In this document: positions 56,431 through 64,000 of the stretch, piece after piece
Layout of the letters: every line of letters starts with the position of its first letter
How positions within the stretch are numbered: the first letter of the stretch is position 1
DNA from: Macrostomum lignano
Taxonomy: Eukaryota
Length of the DNA stretch: 64,000 nt
Assembly: GCA_002269645.1 (NCBI GenBank)
Contig: NIVC01002115.1
Span: 62,001-126,000, forward strand
Reading direction: 5' to 3'
Position numbers and translations under genes: made by a program
The notes under the pieces: model-generated
Told to the model about the DNA's origin: nothing
What the model saw: the letters and a program-made list of their open reading frames with translations, nothing else
Databases searched by the model: none

Positions 56431-56877
56431 TGCAACTAAATGTTATTAAAATAATATTTTTTTTCAGTCAATCGTGGCATCTCGACTGCAACACTATTGA
56501 GGACCGAACGTTTCTACGAAAATTTACTTCCGAGAAGTGTACACGTCTTAAACAAATTTGACATCGCATTACCACTTCTTACATTCTCTGGCTATAATAA
56601 TCAGCTACAATTTGCTGAGTTGCCGTAACTTCGAGTTGACAAAATACCAGGTGACGAAATGTCGGTTGACGAAATGTCCCGGAACCCCGCATTTATGCTT
56701 GCCCACCGACCGACCGATGTTTTCCAGCCGGTGTTTGCTTGCCGACCGCACACTTGCCCGCCACTAAGACATAATGTACATATACGTAGATCGATTTCAG
56801 CCTACTACCTGAGTCTACATGTACGAGCGTAGCTTCTTAGATATTCTATAATACGGGAATGTATACATATATATATA

Positions 56878-59800
56878 CAAGCTGTTGAAACCCGCGGATT
56901 TTGAACCCAGGGAATTCCAATCCCCGGAATTATTTTTGCATGTATTCTAAAATCTGAGGTCAAATTCAAATAAAACTTGTTAATAGTTAGGATAGAGTTA
57001 AACATAAAATGTTGTACATTCATGTAAAATTAGGATTTTAGGCAAACATTGATATTGTTGGCTGGGGTGCTGCGCAGAATGTTAGGTAAACTCAGGCCTG
57101 TACCTCTGCCTCTCCCTATGTCCTTTGCATCCTTTGAAACTTCCATCTTCTTTTCTGTTTCCTATCTTCTGTCTCGTCTCTTCTCTCTCTGTCTCCTGTT
57201 ATCTTTTCTTTCTTCTCTCCTCTGTCCTCTCTCCTCTCTCGTCTCTTCCCTCTCCCTTCTATTCTTTTCTATCTCCTCTCCTCTCTTCTCTCTGGTCTCT
57301 CATATCTCCTTTTTCCTTTTTTATCTCTTCTCATTTCTCTCTGCTCTCTACTCTCTCTTCCCTCTGCTCTCTACTCTCTCTTCCCTCACCTCTCTTCTCA
57401 CTCCTTACTCTACCCTCTCTCAACACTTTCCTTATCTCTACTCTCTCCTTTTTCCTCTCTTCTCTCAACTCTCTCCTCTCATGTCTTCTATCGTCTCTTC
57501 CCTCACCTCCTCTCTCGTCTTTGCTCTCTTATCTCTCATTTCTCTTCTTTTATCTTCTCTCTCTTATCTTTTCTCAAATCTCTGCTCTCTCTCCTCTCCC
57601 CTCTCTCTCTCTCATCTCTTATCTCTCTGCTCTCTCCTGTCCTATCTCTCTTCTCTCTAATCTCTCCCCTCTTTCCTCTCCTCTCTCGTCCTTTTCACCA
57701 ATTTCCCATGTCCTCCCGATTCTCTCCCTTCCCCTCCTCTCTCCTCACTTACCTCTCATCTCTTATTTCTTATAGTTCTCCTTTTTTCTCTACTCTCCCA
57801 TCTCTCGTCTGTTCACTCTCGTTTCTGATCTCTCATCTCCCCTCTCTCATATTTCATCTTTACTCTCATATGTTCTCTCACCTCTTTCCTCTCTCACCTT
57901 TTACTCCTCTCTTTCCCCTTTTTTGACTCAGGAGGACTCGATCTTTTCTTCTTTCTTCTCGTCTCTTCACTTCTCTCTTCTATACTCTCTCCCTCTCTTT
58001 TCTTCTCTCTTCTCTCTCACTCTCCTCTCTCCTCTCTTATATCGTCTGTTCACCCTCATCTTCACTCTCTCATTCCCCTCTCTCTTCTGTCATCTCTACT
58101 CTCCTCTCTACTGTGTACTCTTCTCTTTCCCCTCTTCTGACTAATCTCTTTCCTTACTCCTCTCTTCTCTTCCCTCTTCTATACTCTCTCCCCTCTATAT
58201 TCTCTTCTCTCGTCTCTCTGCACTCTGCCCTCTCTTCCTTCATCTGTCATCTCCACTCTCTCCTCCTCTTCCCTTTACTCTATCATCTCTCCTTTCTCCT
58301 CTCTTCTTTCTCAACTCTCTCTCTCTTATCTCTTATCTCTTATCTCATCTTCTCACTCATCTCTCACTCTCATCTCTTATCTCCTCTTCTCACTCCTCTC
58401 TCTTCCCCTCTCTCCCCCCTTATCTCCTCTCTTCTCTATCCTTTCGAATCTCTCCTCTCGATCCTCTCTCATCTACCTTAAGGTACCTCTGTTCTCTCAT
58501 CTCTTCTCACTCTTCTCTACTCTCCTCTCTGTTTGATCCTCTGTCTCATCTCTCCCCTCTTCTCTCTCCATCTTCTCACCTCTACTATTTCCTCTCCCTT
58601 CTCTCTCCCCTCCTCTCGCTTCTTCGTCCCATATTCTCTGCTCTCTCTTCAACCCCCTCGTCTCTCCTATTATCTTCTATCTTTTCTCTTATCCCCCTCT
58701 CGCCCCTCCTCCCTCTCTAATAGTCTATTCCTTTTCCTTTTCACTCTCATCTGGCCCGCAGCCCTGAGCTGGATTCTTTATCTGGCCTTTGAGATAAAAA
58801 TCTGCCGATCCCTGCTTCGAAAGTACTATCATGGGACATAGTACTATCATGGTTGTTATCATTTCTCATGCTTTAATCACGTCATCTTTCTGGCCAATTA
58901 GCAGCCCTGAGAGGAATTTTTGTATCTCCATTCTCCAGCTCCACCACCACAGTCTGCAGCAGTCTAACAACCAAGGAAATACGCATTTCTTAGGAGACCA
59001 TTTAAATTTTAAAGTACCTTATGCGAATCTTAATGTTAAAATTTTCATGGTGTAACTAATTTAGTAGGATAATAGGATTGCATTGTAATCAGTTATTCAT
59101 TAATTTTTCGCTATTTTTACAAACCTTCCCACATCGCCTTGATTTGCCATCCTTGTTAAACTGCTGCGACTTGTCTATACAGAGGACTGGTTTGAATCTC
59201 TGGCTAAACTCTCTCCTCTCCACGCCTCTCCACTCGCGGGGGTACAGAGAAGGCTATTAAAAAGTTATTCCAAAACACTGTACATTCGCTATTTACATTG
59301 AGCCCTATCGCCTGACCCTTCGTCTGGGCGTGGGGAAGAGTGAGTGATTTAGCGGCGCAAAATACAGAAAAAGCAGACAAACTTCACATGCTTACAGTTT
59401 CCGTCCTGATTGAGATACAGAGTTGAGACTTTACATTTAGTCAGAGAATGAGTCAAAGAAGAATTGTGTTAAATTTGAAGTCAATCGCTTTACGTGGAGC
59501 AAACTTATGGCAGCCGAAAGTTAGTCAATTTTGAAACCCCTTTTACACATCTGGGCCCAGATCGGGAAAGAGAGGCAGGCGGGCGGAGGTTGGGGTGGCT
59601 GTCTCGCTGAAAAAAAGCAGCCTAACTTTAAAAGTGCACAGCGCTGTTCAGGATTAACTTTGGGACTCGAAATTTTACACGATTGTGTCAAAATAGTTTA
59701 ACATTGTTCGTGTCAAATTTGAAGAGGATTGGTAAAAGTGGAGTGGCGCTATGGAGGATTTAGTGAAAAAATCGCGCATTTTGAGCAGTTTTTTGTACTT

Positions 59801-59973
59801 TTAGGTAGGAAGACTTGAGTCTAGGAAATTTTAAGGTAGCCTAAGACATTCTCCGTAGTAAGTTTAGGGTGGGTGTAAAGTTTGGTGTAATTTGGTTGAG
59901 CGGTTTGGGAGTCCATAGCGAAGTAATTTGTCCACAGACAGACAGACAGAGTTTTGGTTTTTATAGGTAGAGA
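56878..59973 (-). mobile_element. Non-autonomous Helitron-like element, copy A (about 3.1 kb)
   Basis: Minus strand starts TC and ends hairpin (AAATCCGCGGGTTT) + CAGCTTG|T. Subterminal (CTGT)n and an internal CT-rich tract of about 1.6 kb. Confidence 0.7.
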
Positions 59974-62900
59974 CAAGCTGTTGAAACCCGTGGATTTTGA
60001 ACCCGGGGAACTCCAATCCCTGGAACTATTTTTGCGTGTATTCTACAATCGGAAGTCATACTTCAACAAAAACTTATTAATAGTTAGTAATTTAGGATAG
60101 AGCTAAAATAAAATAGAGTACATTCATGTAAAATTAGGATTTGTGGCAAATATTGAAATTATTAGCTGGGGTGCTGCCCAGAATGTCAGGCAAACTCTGG
60201 CCTCTACCTCTGCTTCTCCCTATGTCCCTTGTATCCTTTGAAACTTCTATCTTCTCTTCTGTTTCCTATCTTCTCTCTCGTCTCTCACCTCTCCTCTCTC
60301 CTCTCTCCCCTCTTCTCTCGTCTCTTCCCTCTCCCCTCTATTATTTTCTCTCCTCCTCTCTTCTTTCTGGTCTTTGATCTAAAAAATCTCCTTTCTCCTC
60401 TTTTATCTATTCTCATTTCTTTCTGCTCTCTACTCTCTCTTCTCTGCTCTCTACTCTCTGTTCCCTCTCCCCTCTTCTCACTCTTTACTGTACTCTCTCT
60501 CAACACTTCCCTCATCTCTCCTCTCTCCTTTTTCCTCTCTTCTCTCAACTCTCTCATCTCCTCTGTCCACTCTCTCCTCTCATCTCTTCTATCGTCTCTT
60601 CCCTCACCTCTCAGTTTTCTCTTCTTTCCTCTCATCTCTCATTTCTCTTCTATTATCTTCTCTGTCTTCTCTTTTCTCATTTCTATCTGCTCTCTCTCCT
60701 CTCCCCCTTTCTCTCTCTCCTCTCATCTCTCTTCTCTCTAATCTCTCCCCTCTTTCCTCTCCTATCTTCTCCTTTACACCAATTTCCCCTGGCCTCTCGA
60801 TTCTCTCCCCTCCCATCCTCTCTCCTCACTCAGATTCTCTCCCCTCCCCTCCTCTCTCCTCACTCAGATTCTCTCCCCTCCCCTCCTCTCTCCTCACTCA
60901 CTTCTCATCTCTCCTATGTCTCCACCTCTCATCGCTTATTTCTTATCTCTCCTCTTTTCTCTCTACTCTCCCATCTCTCGTCTGTTGACTCTCGTTTCCG
61001 CTATCTCATCTCCCTTCTGTCATCTGCCGTTTTTACTCTCATATGTTCTCTCACCTCTCTCCTCTTGTATTCTTCTCTTTCCCATTTTTTGACTCAGGAC
61101 TCTCTTTCCTTTCTTCTTTCTTCTCGCCTCTTCTCTTCCCTCTTCTATACTCTCTCCCTCTCTTGTCTTCTCTCTTCTCTCTCCATTCTCCTCTCTCCTC
61201 TCATATATCCTTTGTTCACACTCATCTTTGCTCTCTCATTCCCCTCTCTCTTCTATCGTCTCTACTCTCCTATCTCCTGTGTACTCTTTCTTTCTCCTCT
61301 TCTGACTCCTCTCTTTCCTACTCCTCTCTTCTCTTCCCTCTTGTATACTCTCTCCCCTCTATTCTCTTCTCTTGTCTCTTTGTATTCTGCTCTCTCTTCC
61401 TTCATCTCCCATCTCTACTCTCTCATCTTTCCTTTCATCTCCCTCATCTCTGCAATATAATCTCTTTCCTCTCTCCTCCTCTTCCTTTTACTCTATCATC
61501 TCTCCTTTCTCCTGTCTTCTTTCTCAACTCTCTCATCTCTTATCTCCTCTCTTCTCACTCCTCTCTCTTCCCCTCTCTCCCCCTCTTATCTCCTCTCTTC
61601 TCTATCCTTTCTAATCTCTCCTCTCGATCCTCTCTCATCTGCCTCTCTGTTCTCTAATCTCTCCTCATCTCTTCTCACTCTTCTCTACTTTCCTCTCTCA
61701 TTGATCATGTCTCCTCTCTCCATTCTTCTCTCTCCCTCTTCTCACCTCTACTCTTTCCTCTCCCTCCTCTCTCCCCTTCTCTCGCTTCTTCCTCCCATAT
61801 TCTCTGCTCTCTCCTCACCCCCTCGTCTCTCCTGATATCTTCTATCTTTTCTTTTATCCCTCTCGCCCCTCCCCCCTTTCTAATAGTCTATTCCTTTTCC
61901 TTTTCACTCTCATCTGGCCCGCAGCCATGAGCTGGATTCTTTATCTGGCCGTTCAGGTAAAAATCTGCCGATCCCTGCTTTGAAAGCCAGTTTGTGGGAC
62001 ATAGTACTATCATTATTATCATTTCTCATCTCATGCTTTAATCACGGCATCTTTCTGGCCAGTTAGCAGCCCTGAGAGGAATTTGTGTATCTCCAGCTCC
62101 ACCACCACAGCTGGAACTCTACAGCAGTCTAACAACCAAGGAAATACGCATTTCTTAAAAGCCATTTAAATTTTAAAGTTACCTTATGCGAATCTTAATG
62201 TTAAAAGCTTCATGGTGTAACTAACTAATTTAGTAGGATTGCATTGTAAACAGTTATTCATTAGTTTTTCGCTATTTTTACAAACCATCCCACATTGTCT
62301 TGACTCTTGACTCTTGATTTGCAATCCACTGTTAAACTGCTGCAGACTGTCTATGTCCATACAGTACAGAGGACAGTGGTTTGAATCTCTCGCTAAACTG
62401 TCTCTCCTCTCCACGCCTCTCCGGGGGTACAGAGAGGGCTATTAAAAAGTTATTCCAAAACACTGTACACTCGCTATGTACATTGAGCCCTATCGCCTGA
62501 CCCTTCGTCTGAGCTGGGGGAATGAGTGAGTGAGTGGCACAAACAACAGAAAAAGCAGACAAACTTCACATGCTTACAGTTTCTTTTTCGGTTGAGTTAC
62601 AGAGTTGAAACTTTACATTTAGACAGAGAATGGGTCAATGAATAATTGTGTCAAGTTTGAAGTCAATCGCTTTACGTGAAGCAAACTTATGGCAGCTGAA
62701 AGTTAGTCAATTTTGAAACCCTTTTACACATCTGGGCCCAGATCGGGTAAGAGAGGCAGGCGGGCGGAGGTTGGGGTGGTTGCTACGCTGAAAAAACAGC
62801 CTAACTTTAAAAGCGCACAGCACCGCTCAGGATTAACTTTGATACTCGAAATTTTACATGATTGTGCCAAAATAGTTAAAGATTATCTGTGTCAAATTTG

Positions 62901-63152
62901 AAGAGAATCGGTAGAAGTGGAGCGGCGCTATGGAGGATTTAGTGAAAAAATTGCGCATTTTGAGCAGTTTTTTGCACTTTTAGGTAGGAAGACTTGAGTC
63001 TAGGAAATTAAAAGGTAGCCTAAGACATTCTCCGTAGTAAGTTTAGGGTGGGTGTAAAGTTTGGTGTAATTTGGTTGAGCGGTTTGGGAGTCCATAGCGA
63101 AGTAATTTGTCCACAGACAGACAGACAGAGTTTTGATTTTTATAGGTAGAGA
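59974..63152 (-). mobile_element. Non-autonomous Helitron-like element, copy B (about 3.2 kb), head-to-tail with copy A
   Basis: Colinear diverged homologue of copy A. The junction reads CTTG|TC on the minus strand and the outer flanks give an A|T target. Confidence 0.7.
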
Positions 63153-63512
63153 TAATTAATTTAATCCACTAAAGGGGAACCTTACATGTAAATATATGTA
63201 CATGTACGTAAATAATAATATATATGGCTATAGTTAATTCAACACTATCAGCCTATATAGCTGGCTTCGATAAAATTGACGAGCGGTAATACGTATATAG
63301 TTGGAACAATTAAATGTAAGCGTCGACCTTTGAATACACCGACTGACATCGCATCTCCAATTACTGAATCAGATTAAAAAAATGGAGTAGCCCTGCATGC
63401 AGAGAGACGTACATGTATTTCAAGGTGGGCATGATCACGCCGGCCCTCTTGTAGTTATTTGGGCCCCTCACGCAGGTTTAGACTCGATCGATCCTATCCG
63501 GACTGCCACTTA

Positions 63513-63660
63513 AGCAGGCCCAACCAATCCCTCAAACAACCAGCTAACAGGCCCAACCAATCCTTCCAACAACCAGCTAACAGGCCCAACCAATCCTTCC
63601 AACAACCAACCAACAGGCCCAACCAATCCTTCAAAACAACCAACCAACAGGCCCAACCCA
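63513..63660. repeat. 33-bp tandem repeat (AACAGGCCCAACCAATCCTTCCAACAACCAGCT), about 4.5 units
   Basis: Direct inspection. Confidence 0.85.
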
Positions 63661-63729
63661 TCACTGCGCCTCAGGCTGTACGTCGTCCACCGAATTAACC
63701 AGCACGTATAGTAGGTGTACTGGCTCGTT

Positions 63730-64000
63730 AACAGCGGCTTCACCGACGGCCTAAGCTTGATTTACCTGTCCTGAGACCGTCCTGTTGTACAACGCCGAGA
63801 CCAGGCTGGACGCTGACGGACTCGTTCGCAAAGCAAGTCGATGCGGGGCGCGCACGCTGGCCTGCTACTCGCTGCCTTCAAGATCGGCTACGAGTGAGTC
63901 ACCAATGCGGCACTGGCACTCTATCGCCGCACCAGCCTGTCGCGTTCCAGCGAACTGTTGCGCCATCGGCGATTGGCGACTCCAGCTGTATGGCTGCAGG
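63730..64000 (+). pseudogene. Decayed RTE-like LINE ORF2 C-terminal fragment
   Basis: With frameshifts it reads ETVLLYNAET-WTLT...VDA-AHAGLL.AAFKI...VTNAAL-YRR, resembling the LLYGxETWTL region after the RT domain of RTE-type elements. Runs off the window. Confidence 0.55.

Noticed and set aside
56620-56690. Short GACGAAATGTC direct repeats suggesting a transposon end
   Set aside because: No partner terminus or TSD in the window.
57049-61657. Long Leu/Ser-rich and Arg/Glu-rich ORFs
   Set aside because: They arise from the CT-rich low-complexity tract of the Helitron-like copies, and frames are not conserved between the two copies.

Overview
Repeat-rich invertebrate (metazoan) genomic DNA with GC-rich exons and minisatellite-filled introns. 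The style resembles a flatworm such as Macrostomum, but that is inference. The main gene is a complete classical calpain on the + strand (9 core coding exons, 15450-45930, about 712 aa, intact Cys/His/Asn triad, C2-like and penta-EF domains) with three candidate in-frame micro-exons of 15, 33 and 6 nt. One calpain intron holds a sense-strand nuclear RNase P RNA gene (about 41051-41364) with its own TATA box, PSE-like element and T5 terminator. The 17.7-kb intron 2 holds an intact full-length LOA/R1-like non-LTR retrotransposon (antisense, ORF1 plus APE-RT-RNase H ORF2, 13-bp TSD) inserted into a 33-bp minisatellite with higher-order structure. Also present: two spliced exons of an uncharacterised minus-strand gene at the left edge, a probable terminal exon of a single-pass membrane protein (minus, about 50.6-51.0 kb), two 172-bp palindromic MITEs with 8-bp TSDs inside a 24-bp satellite, a head-to-tail pair of about 3.1-kb non-autonomous Helitron-like elements, tRNA-derived SINEs, diverged LTR-like units, an RTE-like LINE fragment and about 20 micro/minisatellite arrays. 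Most long ORFs in the supplied track are translations of tandem repeats. No CRISPR arrays, rRNA or bona fide tRNA genes were found.
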